Source: an uncultured Gammaproteobacteria bacterium (GTDB lineage: Bacteria > Pseudomonadota > Gammaproteobacteria > UBA9214). Taken from it: a stretch of 64,000 nt of DNA. The stretch covers positions 15,549-79,548 of the forward strand of contig CAVPAE010000001.1 in NCBI GenBank assembly GCA_963701455.1, written 5' to 3'. Of the stretch, positions 50,867 through 59,428 are shown in pieces (position 1 is the stretch's first letter; every line of letters begins with the position of its first letter). Below the pieces are notes generated by a model. The model ran no database searches. It saw nothing but the letters and a program-made list of their open reading frames with translations, and had not been told where the DNA came from. The position numbers and the translations under genes were made by a program.

Positions 50867-50909
50867 AAATGCATCCTCTGGTTGGCCCGGACTTGCCTCG
50901 CGGCCACGG

Positions 50910-52241
50910 TCAGCGCAGCAATGATTCCGGCTGGAATAACTTGATGTAGGGATAATCAGTACTGATCCCCATAACAACCCTGTCGGGATGGAAGATGGTT
51001 ACCGCGGCGCCCTGCCCCTTCAGGCCATCCCTGCGGCGCGTGTTGCGATCGATCGTGGCATCACATTCAAAGTTCAGCAAGCCCTTGCGCAGCATGATCC
51101 GCTGCCCGTGGTGCTGGTTGACGTGACCGTGCACGATCACCTGAATCCCCTTACTGTGTATCAACCGGGTCCCGCGCTGCGTCAGCGGTCTGTCCGCATC
51201 GCGATACTTGGTACGCACGATGTTCGCCACCGGCCCGTAGTAAAAATCATACAGGTCCTGCCGGAGCTGCTCCTGGAACAGCCGGTTGAGATGCTTGATG
51301 CCCTTGTCACTGATCAGCGCCGCACTGCGGTCATCCAGCCCGGCGTGGATGAACAGGAACGAGCGCTCCCGGTGAACGGCCTTCATCCGCCGGTAGAACC
51401 AGTGGAATTCCCCCTTGGGGTGAAGGAACAATTCCTGCCATTTCCGTGCAGCTGCATAGACCATGCGCAGGGACAGCCCGGCACGGGTGCAGTTTTTCTC
51501 GAACCCGTCATATTTCTTCTGCATGCGCTGCATTTCACGCTGCAGCTGCTGTTCATGCATGTCCCAGCGTGCCAGCTGCGGGAATTCCCTGAACCAGCGC
51601 TTGCGGGGAAACAGCTTGCGGCGGCAGGTGCGGCTGTCAGGAATACCTTGCAGCGCCTTTTTACCCTGCAGGTATTCGTCACAAATCTCCTTGAGGAACG
51701 GGACGGCCTTTGGTCCCATGCGAATGAAGAAATGCTCGGTCCGCGGATCCGGCTCCAGGTCCAGTGAGCGGATGCCGACGAGCATGCGGATATCATGGTT
51801 GCCGGCCAGCAGTTTCACTTCGGCTCCGGCATCCATCAGCATGCGAAGCATGCGCAGCAGGCGCAGGCTGCTGGGACCCTTGTCGAAGCAGTCGCCGCCG
51901 ATGAGAAAACACGCCTTGCGCCCGGCCCTGGTGAGCTTGAAGTCCTTGTCACGGGGTCCCGTCTTGCTGAAACCGCCCGATGCCACCAGTGATGCGATGA
52001 ATGCATCGGTGTCCGCGTGCAGGTCCGAGAAGAAGTACACTGTCCGCTTTGGCCAGCGCCACGGTTTCCCGTCTATCGCCTTGCGCAGCTCTTTGGCGAG
52101 CACTCCCCGGTGACTGCGCCCCTTGCGCACCGACTTGTATTTCCCCAGCAGCCACAACTGGCTTGCTTCCGGCAGCCGGGCATCTATCCATTTGAGTCCG
52201 TGATAACGGGGCAGGTCTGTATGCCGGGCAGCTGCTTTCAT
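50910..52241 (-). CDS. Calcineurin-like metallophosphoesterase
   Basis: SDLHAD, GGDCFDKG, AGNHD, FIHAG, VHGH. Confidence 0.88.
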   Translation of the reverse strand: MKAAARHTDLPRYHGLKWIDARLPEASQLWLLGKYKSVRKGRSHRGVLAKELRKAIDGKPWRWPKRTVYFFSDLHADTDAFIASLVASGGFSKTGPRDKDFKLTRAGRKACFLIGGDCFDKGPSSLRLLRMLRMLMDAGAEVKLLAGNHDIRMLVGIRSLDLEPDPRTEHFFIRMGPKAVPFLKEICDEYLQGKKALQGIPDSRTCRRKLFPRKRWFREFPQLARWDMHEQQLQREMQRMQKKYDGFEKNCTRAGLSLRMVYAAARKWQELFLHPKGEFHWFYRRMKAVHRERSFLFIHAGLDDRSAALISDKGIKHLNRLFQEQLRQDLYDFYYGPVANIVRTKYRDADRPLTQRGTRLIHSKGIQVIVHGHVNQHHGQRIMLRKGLLNFECDATIDRNTRRRDGLKGQGAAVTIFHPDRVVMGISTDYPYIKLFQPESLLR

Positions 52242-52245
52242 TGCA

Positions 52246-52950
52246 TCAATCCAGTTCCGCGGCGTCTTGCGCCCTTACCTTCCAGTCGCCGCCGACATGA
52301 CACCAGTTGCCGTCCGACCGGCATTCGATGAATACCGGGCGACCATGATACATGCTGAGTTGGGCGATTTGTTCGAACTCAAGTACCCCGAGGTGCCAGG
52401 CAGCGTGGCGCATGGCAGCGCCGTGACCGACAAACAGTTTCAGTCGCGGGATATCCGGCATCGCTGCTGTTACGGCAATACGCTGCCGCAGATGCGCGGC
52501 CACCCGCTCACCCGCCTCGGCGAGAGACTCCGCCCCCTGCAATGGCAGGCGGTAATGGCTGTCCGACTTCCAGCCTTCCGGCAGGTCGGGAAAACGCGGA
52601 TCACGCTGAATGATGTCCTCGATCTGCGCCACGCTGAGGTTGGCGGCAGCACCGACGCACCGCTCCGCGAGCGCGTCGAAACTTGTCAGCGCAAAACCGG
52701 CTGGCAACAGGTCCGCCAGCTCGTCCGCGATAATCCGTGCGGTCTGCCAGGCCCGGAGCATGCGGGAAGTGTCGATACCGGGCTCCGGCTGCCAGCCGTT
52801 CCGGACACACGCCTCGCGGAGCATCACCGCGGCCGCGCGCGCCTGCTGTTCACCCGCGGCATTCAGGGGAAACGGCTGATGGGCACTGGGGGTATTCGGT
52901 AACTGCGCGTAGTCACCGTGCCGAATCAGGGCGGCGATCAGCCTTGCCAT
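52246..52950 (-). CDS. Histidine phosphatase family protein
   Basis: LIRHGDY, RAWQTA, LAER, VGHGAA. Confidence 0.88.
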   Translation of the reverse strand: MARLIAALIRHGDYAQLPNTPSAHQPFPLNAAGEQQARAAAVMLREACVRNGWQPEPGIDTSRMLRAWQTARIIADELADLLPAGFALTSFDALAERCVGAAANLSVAQIEDIIQRDPRFPDLPEGWKSDSHYRLPLQGAESLAEAGERVAAHLRQRIAVTAAMPDIPRLKLFVGHGAAMRHAAWHLGVLEFEQIAQLSMYHGRPVFIECRSDGNWCHVGGDWKVRAQDAAELD

Positions 52951-52975
52951 GCCATTCTCACCTCCGGGACCTGTC

Positions 52976-53944
52976 TCAGCCTGCCTGCAACCGTGACACC
53001 AGTGCCGCGACCAGCGGCTTCAGCTCCGCCTGTCGCAGGCGCTGCTGCGCGACTTCCGGGGTCACCCACTCGCGGCCGCGATGCTGTTCTTCCCATTCCT
53101 GCTCCGGGATAATGCGGGTGACTTCCATGGGAAACACCTCGACCGTACAGGTCGCACCCCACTTTTCGTAGCGATAGCTGCCCAGCGCCTCCTCCGCGAC
53201 CTGCCCCTCGACGCCGGCTTCCTCCTCCGCCTCCCTGGCCGCCGATTCCTGCGGCGTCAGCCCCGGGTCCTGGATTCCCTTGGGAACCACCCAGTGCTTG
53301 CGCTGGCTTGACGACACGATCAGGATCTCCGGCCGGCCGTCCTGCAGGCGGTAGGGGATCACGGAAGACTGGGTGTAGTAATAGGCCGGCCGGTCACGGC
53401 GTTCCGGACCATCGGGAAACGGGAACGGGAATTTTTTCGGCAGCTCACCGGGACGGGTGATGCCAAGGAGTTCCGCGGAACCCGCGTGCAGGCCCTGCCA
53501 GTCATCCGGCATTGCCAGCCTGGCCAGCGTGGCGGTCGGCAACAGCTTGCCGTCCGCGGGATAGGGTATTGCTTCATGCGCCAGGTAAACCAGCAACTCC
53601 TCCAGTCCCGGATTGTGCCCCACCAGCATAACCCGCTGTGCATTGCCCGGGCAGTCGGCAAGCACTTGCAGCAGGTCACCCGTCATGGCCTCGTAGACCG
53701 CCTGTTCCCGGTGTATTTCCCGGGAACCGAGGCCCATCGCCTTGCAGGCCTTTTCGGCGGTAACAATGGCACGCTCCGCCGGCGAACTCACCACATGGTC
53801 GGGGCGCAGTCCCTGTTGCAGCAACCAGACACCGACCCGCTGCGCACCGCGTTTCCCCCGGTCTTTCAGCGGCCGCTGGAAATCATCGGTGCCGGCCTCC
53901 CAGTCGGACTTGCCATGGCGCAATATCAACAGTTCACGTGTCAT
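52976..53944 (-). CDS. SixA-like histidine phosphatase fused to a DIPP/Ap6A-type Nudix hydrolase
   Basis: RHGKSDW...SSPAERA..T...VGHNP, then EILIVSSSQRKHWVVPKG...SAAREAEEEAGVEG...EWEE. Confidence 0.85.
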   Translation of the reverse strand: MTRELLILRHGKSDWEAGTDDFQRPLKDRGKRGAQRVGVWLLQQGLRPDHVVSSPAERAIVTAEKACKAMGLGSREIHREQAVYEAMTGDLLQVLADCPGNAQRVMLVGHNPGLEELLVYLAHEAIPYPADGKLLPTATLARLAMPDDWQGLHAGSAELLGITRPGELPKKFPFPFPDGPERRDRPAYYYTQSSVIPYRLQDGRPEILIVSSSQRKHWVVPKGIQDPGLTPQESAAREAEEEAGVEGQVAEEALGSYRYEKWGATCTVEVFPMEVTRIIPEQEWEEQHRGREWVTPEVAQQRLRQAELKPLVAALVSRLQAG

Positions 53945-53963
53945 GCCGCCTCACCCCCGTGCG

Positions 53964-55059
53964 TTAATTCGAAACCAGCAGTTCATCCAGGCAGATTCTT
54001 GCAAGCGCGTCAAAATCGATCCTGCCGCTGACCTCGTAGACAGCCACGCCCTGCAGTGCATCCAGGTAGGCCTGCGCGTCGAACTCCGCGTCATCCCGGT
54101 GAAAGCTGCCGTCCGGGTACTGGTAAAACGGCCCGGGCGATTTCATGATCGCGGCCAGCAGGTCGCGGCGATTCTCCAGCGTTACCGGCTCGACCCTGAG
54201 CGCCGCGTCGCTGTCACGGTGCCAGTTCAGCACCAGGTAGCCCCCCAGCGGTGCCTCGGTGACAACCCGACCGGGACCATAGACCTGGTCCATGTGCACA
54301 TCGTACTTGTCCTCCAGGTGCCAGAGTTCCGCAGCCGGCATCGCCAGCAGTGCCGCGCGCTGGTCAGCCGGGATCAGCCCCTGCAACCGGGCATTGTGAA
54401 CGATGGTACCGGGATTGACGCGCGGCAGCTTGGGGATGCCCACCGCGCGGGTCTGCCCCGCATCCCTGCGCACGAACAGGCGATCATTGGTCAGGTAGCT
54501 GATCTCGTCATGCTCCAGCAGGTGCAGCATCAGGGTTGACTTGCCGCCACCGGAAAATCCCGCAATGCCGAAGCCGCTGCCGCGGTAGACCAGGCCGGCG
54601 GAATGACAGATCAGCCAGCCACGGTGCTGCAGCCAGTTCATGTACTGTGCATTGATGAAATTGATGACCTGGTTGTCGTATTCCAGGCAGGGACCGGCCG
54701 CGATCCGCTGCGTTTCACTCTGCAGGAACACCATGCCGGTACGCACCTTGCGCACCACCCGCCCGCCGGGCACGTCGAAATAGGAATCCTTGCGGCCGGT
54801 CTTGCCGGGTTCCCGCTGCCAGTCGACAAAATCGATACCGGTATCCGGCGCCTCGCGCTCAATGGCAATGACTTCCATGTCCGGCTGCTGCGCTGCCTGC
54901 CGGGACATGCGAGAAATACTGCCGCAGGCCGGCGATCACTGCCGCGGAGTTGGAACGCACCTGCAGCGTGCAATCCCCGATGGCCAGCGACAGCGTATCG
55001 GCACACAGCTGCGCATCGCCCTGCAGCAGGCCGGCGATCGATTTCACATCATGGCTCAT
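53964..55059 (-). pseudogene. HprK-related kinase B (GAK system), split by a +1 frameshift near 54900
   Basis: N-terminal 54859..55059 and C-terminal 53964..54908 join with one extra base (3x365+1 nt); CHSAGL, Walker A GFSGGGKST, TNDRLF, PKLPRVNPGT, EDKYDV. Confidence 0.82.
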
Positions 55060-55955
55060 GCCTTCCCCCTTTCCAGTTCGTTCAGTACATAGTCAACATA
55101 CAGACCGGCGGCATCGATACCAATCCCTTCGTGGGCACCACGAAAACCGCCAAACGCGGACACCTCGAACACAATCGGTCCCGCAGGGGTTTCCGCCACG
55201 TCCACCGTGGTGAAATCCATGTCGAACAATGCCTGGGCACGCTGCGCCAGGTCGACGATGTCATCCGCGGGTGTGCAGGCCGCGTAGCGGCCACCACTGT
55301 TAATCGTGGTATTCCAGGCCTCGCCCTGACTCACGCGGGCATAGCTCCCGAGGTAGTTGCCGCCGAGAAAGACCATGCCCATGTCCTGCCCCGGCAGTTC
55401 CACCATCTGCTGGATATACATCATCGGGTTGTCACGGTGGAAATCGCGCACCGCCTTCTCGATCCTGGCAGTCGCGTGCTTCGCCTTGATAACACACATA
55501 CCACGGGCCTTGGTGGAATACAGCGGTTTGAACACGGCACGGCCGAAATCGTGCACCGCCTCGATCGCGGCCCCGACATCCTCGGTCACGCGTGTGTGGG
55601 GCATGGGAATGCCGGCATTGCGCAGCGTGACCGTGCAGCTCAGGCGGTCAATCAAACGCAGGATATTCTCCGCCCGGCTGAATACCCGCACCCCGGCCTG
55701 TTCGGCCACCCGCAGCAGTTCCAGGCGATCCAGGGTATTCGGGCTGTAGCTGGCACTGATCTTCTTGACGATCAACGCATCCAGCCGGCACAGATCATGT
55801 TCCCCGTAGCGCAGACTGCCACTGTCCAGATCCAGGCAGACGCCTGCCATGTCGATCACCAGGCGATACCCGGTCAGCCGCTCGACCGCGTCTGCCAGGA
55901 CCTCGGTGGACCACTTCCCGGGAATGCCCACCACACCTATTTTTATATCAGCCAA
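55056..55955 (-). CDS. GAK system ATP-grasp enzyme (RimK-related)
   Basis: TTG start overlaps the upstream stop, with GGAGA RBS. KIGVVGIPGKWSTEVLAD, IDRLSCT, FKPLYSTKARG, YIQQMV, WNTTINSGG, TTVDV, FEVSAFGGF. Confidence 0.88.
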   Translation of the reverse strand: MADIKIGVVGIPGKWSTEVLADAVERLTGYRLVIDMAGVCLDLDSGSLRYGEHDLCRLDALIVKKISASYSPNTLDRLELLRVAEQAGVRVFSRAENILRLIDRLSCTVTLRNAGIPMPHTRVTEDVGAAIEAVHDFGRAVFKPLYSTKARGMCVIKAKHATARIEKAVRDFHRDNPMMYIQQMVELPGQDMGMVFLGGNYLGSYARVSQGEAWNTTINSGGRYAACTPADDIVDLAQRAQALFDMDFTTVDVAETPAGPIVFEVSAFGGFRGAHEGIGIDAAGLYVDYVLNELERGKA

Positions 55956-57594
55956 CGAAGATCTCCCTGACAGGGACCCGGAACGATTTTTCCTGGCCGG
56001 GCTCGGTCGCCAGTACCTGCTCCAGCAGGTAGCGGGAACGCATGAACATCGCACGCGCCAGGGATTTGTCGAGAATAAAGCGGGTCGAGGTTACAAAGGA
56101 ACGCGCCAGGCCCAGTGCCAGGCGAATCTCGAAAGTCCGGTCTCCGGACTTGTCCGCGAAATCCGCCGAGAATCGGTAGAAGTCGCGGCTCAGTTCCAGT
56201 ATCCGCCGGCGCAGCGGCAAATCGAGAATCTGCAGGCGGTAGTTGGAAACCATGAACACGGAAACATCCTGCACGTAGTCCATGTAGCGGGAACGGTGCA
56301 GGTCGATGAAGTTGATCCTTTTCTCAACGGGATCGTAGATGATGTTGTCCACGTTGAAGTCACCGTGGATATAGACCGAGAACGGCGCGGAAAGCTGTGC
56401 CTCACGCGCCAGCGCCTGCTTGACCAGGGAATTGAATGCCGTGACTCGCCGGCCACACAGGCGGATATCACCCTGCCTGAATTCCGGGTGGATGCTGTAG
56501 ACATCATCCAGCCGCCTGGCAAGCTGGCGCATGTAGTTTGCGCAGACAGGTTTTTTGGTATGGGTCTCACGCCAGACCGATTCCAGCGTCTGGTTCAGCC
56601 TGCCGAGGGTTTCCCGCAGCAGCCCGCGGGACTCGTGCAGCAGAATCTGCTCAAAGGTCAGCCCGGCAAGGTGTTCGATCAGCAGGGCCGCCGATTGCCG
56701 GCGCTTGTGATAGGAAAGTATCCGCGGCGCCAGCCCCGGATAAATCTCGTGCCAGTTTTCCAGCCCCTGGCGTTCTTCCTTGAGCTTGCGTTTCTGGCCG
56801 TCCTTGAAGATGGCCACATAGCCATCGTCGTCGCTGTTCTGGGTCGTGATCCCGGAGATGACGCTGCCCGAGCGGGTTTCGGCGATGGGTTCAATAACCA
56901 GGCTGTCACCGGCATCATCGACACCCAGGTGTTCCATCGAGGTCTGCAGCGAATGGTAGCGGTCGCTGTTGACAACATGCCCCAGATTGACGGAAATGAC
57001 CGCTTCGCTGATATTCAGCAGGGTGTCACCCATCTGCTCGATGCAATGCGAAACCAGCAATGCGGCAATCAGATCCTCGGTCGCCTTGCTGTTGCGCTTC
57101 AGGTCCCGGGTATATTGCTTGCGCAGCTTGCGGCAGGCCTGGTCGAGGCGGGGTTTGACGCGCCCGATCTTCAACGCCAGCGGCGTATCGCTGTTGCGAA
57201 TGGCGGGCTCGATACGGCCGATTGCCTGACTCATCCAGCCCAGCATCGGCCGGTAGGCCTGCGGGCGCAGGCAACGGCGGTCCTGCAGCTGTTCCAGCTG
57301 CTGAATGCAGTCACGGCACAATTCCGTCAGGCGTTCCAGGTCCGTGGCGATTGATTCAAGCGCCCGCAACGAAGCGACATCACTGTCGCCGGCCTTGCGC
57401 AGCCGGGAAATCCGCTCAAGACAGCTCTCGTGTATTCTCAGCTTGAGGTTGTAGGCATAGCCGCCGCGATCAAGAATACGCTTCGCCAGGGTGTTGGCGG
57501 GCTCCCTGAAATAGGTGCGCAGATTGGCAATCTGCGACCCGGACTCGGCCACCAGAAAACGCAGGTTTTCACGAATATTCCTGGGCAGGCGCAT
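55948..57594 (-). CDS. PhoU-like domain fused to an APH/choline-kinase-like phosphotransferase (GAK-associated)
   Basis: PhoU-like helical repeats (DLERLTELC; CIEQMGDTLLNISE), then ETRSGS, IFKDG..KLKEE, IHGDFNVDNI, IDLHRS. Confidence 0.85.
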   Translation of the reverse strand: MRLPRNIRENLRFLVAESGSQIANLRTYFREPANTLAKRILDRGGYAYNLKLRIHESCLERISRLRKAGDSDVASLRALESIATDLERLTELCRDCIQQLEQLQDRRCLRPQAYRPMLGWMSQAIGRIEPAIRNSDTPLALKIGRVKPRLDQACRKLRKQYTRDLKRNSKATEDLIAALLVSHCIEQMGDTLLNISEAVISVNLGHVVNSDRYHSLQTSMEHLGVDDAGDSLVIEPIAETRSGSVISGITTQNSDDDGYVAIFKDGQKRKLKEERQGLENWHEIYPGLAPRILSYHKRRQSAALLIEHLAGLTFEQILLHESRGLLRETLGRLNQTLESVWRETHTKKPVCANYMRQLARRLDDVYSIHPEFRQGDIRLCGRRVTAFNSLVKQALAREAQLSAPFSVYIHGDFNVDNIIYDPVEKRINFIDLHRSRYMDYVQDVSVFMVSNYRLQILDLPLRRRILELSRDFYRFSADFADKSGDRTFEIRLALGLARSFVTSTRFILDKSLARAMFMRSRYLLEQVLATEPGQEKSFRVPVREIFVG

Positions 57595-57596
57595 GG

Positions 57597-58067
57597 TCAG
57601 TCGATGACGCCCATGTAGACGCCGGGGGCAGTGCTGAACCGCTGGCCGAGGAATAGCGCCAGCGAACGCGGGTAGAGCGGCATCCCCGGCAGCGCAGCCA
57701 GCTGCGCCCAGACGACCTCGACCTGGTGCTTGTCGGGGTGTTCACCGTTCATCGGGGTATAGGTGTCCGGCACCTCGCAACGAAACAGGAACTCGACCAG
57801 GTGCCGGGTGCTGGGTGGCTCGGTATCACGCTTTTTGAAATAGTCAGCCACATGGATCAAATCGTGTATCCGCACCTGCGTGCCGATTTCCTCCTGGCAT
57901 TCGCGCAACAGCGCCTGCCGCAGTGTCTCCCCAGGGTCCTGCCCGCCGCCCGGCAAGGCGAACCGCTCGCCATCCGAATACCCCTGCTTGCGCAGCAGTA
58001 ATATGCGATCATCCCGCACAATCAGTGCACGGGCTGCATTGCGTATTACCGGAACAAGATTTTCCAT
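57597..58067 (-). CDS. Nudix hydrolase
   Basis: LPGGGQDPGETLRQALLRECQEEIG Nudix box. Confidence 0.92.
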   Translation of the reverse strand: MENLVPVIRNAARALIVRDDRILLLRKQGYSDGERFALPGGGQDPGETLRQALLRECQEEIGTQVRIHDLIHVADYFKKRDTEPPSTRHLVEFLFRCEVPDTYTPMNGEHPDKHQVEVVWAQLAALPGMPLYPRSLALFLGQRFSTAPGVYMGVID

Positions 58068-58223
58068 TGGCAGCTTCCGCTACTGGTTTCGGGCAGGGCC
58101 GTAGTATACCAGCGCGCCCGGTTGCAACCCGGTGGACAAGGGTTACGCCGGCTTGCCACAACAGATATTGTGGAACACACCGATATTTACAGGTATATAC
58201 AGGGAATATAACGCAAATCCGCC

Positions 58224-59426
58224 ATGCTATCTAACAAAAGCATCAGAATTACACGTACCGCCCAGCTACCTGATCCGGTACGTATCAGTCGCTACGCGAA
58301 GGCGCCGGAACTGGGGCCGCGCATGCTGTTATTCAGTGGCGGTTCCGCGCTCAACAAGGCCAGCAGGATTCTCAAGAACTATACCCACAACTCCATCCAC
58401 ATGGTGACGCCGTTTGACTCCGGCGGCAGTTCCGCGAAACTGCGGCGGGCCTTTGCCATGCCTTCAATTGGCGACCTGCGCAGCCGGCTGATGGCACTGG
58501 CGGATGAAAACATCACCGGACAACCGGAGGTGTACCGGCTGTTTACCTACCGGTTCCCCGCGCAGGGGAAACCAAACAAGCTGCTGGCGCGGCTGGATGC
58601 CATGATCGAGGGCCAGGATCCACTGGTACATGCGATTCCCAACCCCATGCGCCGCCTGATCCGCAACCAGCTGGGGTTCTTCCGTGAAGCCATGCCCGCC
58701 GACTTCGACCTGCGGGGCGCCAGTACCGGCAACCTGATTCTTGCCGGTGGTTACATCAACAACCACCAGCATCTCGACCCGATCATTTTCCTGTTTTCCA
58801 AACTCGTCGGCGTGCTGGGCACGGTGCGCGCAGTCGTGAATGACAACCTGCATCTCGGCGCCGAACTCGAGGACGGCAGCGAGATACTCGGCCAGCATTG
58901 CCTGACCGGCAAGGAAGTCGCACCCCTGGTATCACCGGTCAAACACCTGTTCCTGAGTGCCAGCCAGGACAGGCGGGAGCCGGCCAAAGCGGAGCTCCGC
59001 AAGAAAAACAGGAAGCTCATCAAACAGGCCGACCTGATCTGCTACCCGCCGGGAAGTTTCTACACCAGCCTGATCGCAAACCTGCTGCCGCAGGGTGTCA
59101 GCCCCGCGATTGCCGCCTGTGACAGCCCGAAGATCTATATCCCCAACCTTGGGCATGACCCGGAGCAAATCGGCATGACGCTGGAAGGCTCGGTGCATAC
59201 CCTGCTCGATTACCTGCACGCAGGCGTTCCGGATGACTGCCCGGACCGGGAACTGCTGAATTTTGTTCTTATCGACAGCAAGCGCGGGCATTACCCGGCG
59301 TGCGAATCGCTGCAGAGCGTGCGCAAACTCGGCATCCAGATCATCGACACCCGCTTGATCAGCAGTGACAGCGCACCCTATTACGATGCCGGGCTGCTGG
59401 TTGCCGCCCTGCTTTCGCTCACCTGA
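58224..59426 (+). CDS. GAK system CofD-like (YvcK/UPF0052 fold) protein
   Basis: FSGGSAL, VTPFDSGGSS, GDLRSRL, GASTGNLILAG, ADLICYPPGSFYTSLIANL, YIPN. Confidence 0.88.
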   Translation: MLSNKSIRITRTAQLPDPVRISRYAKAPELGPRMLLFSGGSALNKASRILKNYTHNSIHMVTPFDSGGSSAKLRRAFAMPSIGDLRSRLMALADENITGQPEVYRLFTYRFPAQGKPNKLLARLDAMIEGQDPLVHAIPNPMRRLIRNQLGFFREAMPADFDLRGASTGNLILAGGYINNHQHLDPIIFLFSKLVGVLGTVRAVVNDNLHLGAELEDGSEILGQHCLTGKEVAPLVSPVKHLFLSASQDRREPAKAELRKKNRKLIKQADLICYPPGSFYTSLIANLLPQGVSPAIAACDSPKIYIPNLGHDPEQIGMTLEGSVHTLLDYLHAGVPDDCPDRELLNFVLIDSKRGHYPACESLQSVRKLGIQIIDTRLISSDSAPYYDAGLLVAALLSLT

Positions 59427-59428
59427 TA

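Noticed and set aside
53964-55059. Annotation as true HPr kinase/phosphorylase
   Set aside because: No HPr or PTS genes nearby, NDR replaces the DD signature, and the context is that of the GAK kinase B family.
58156-58204. CCACAA/TTGTGG palindrome and TACAGG repeats in the NUDIX / CofD-like divergent promoter
   Set aside because: Repeat period is 10 rather than 11 and the palindrome is short; too weak to call an operator.
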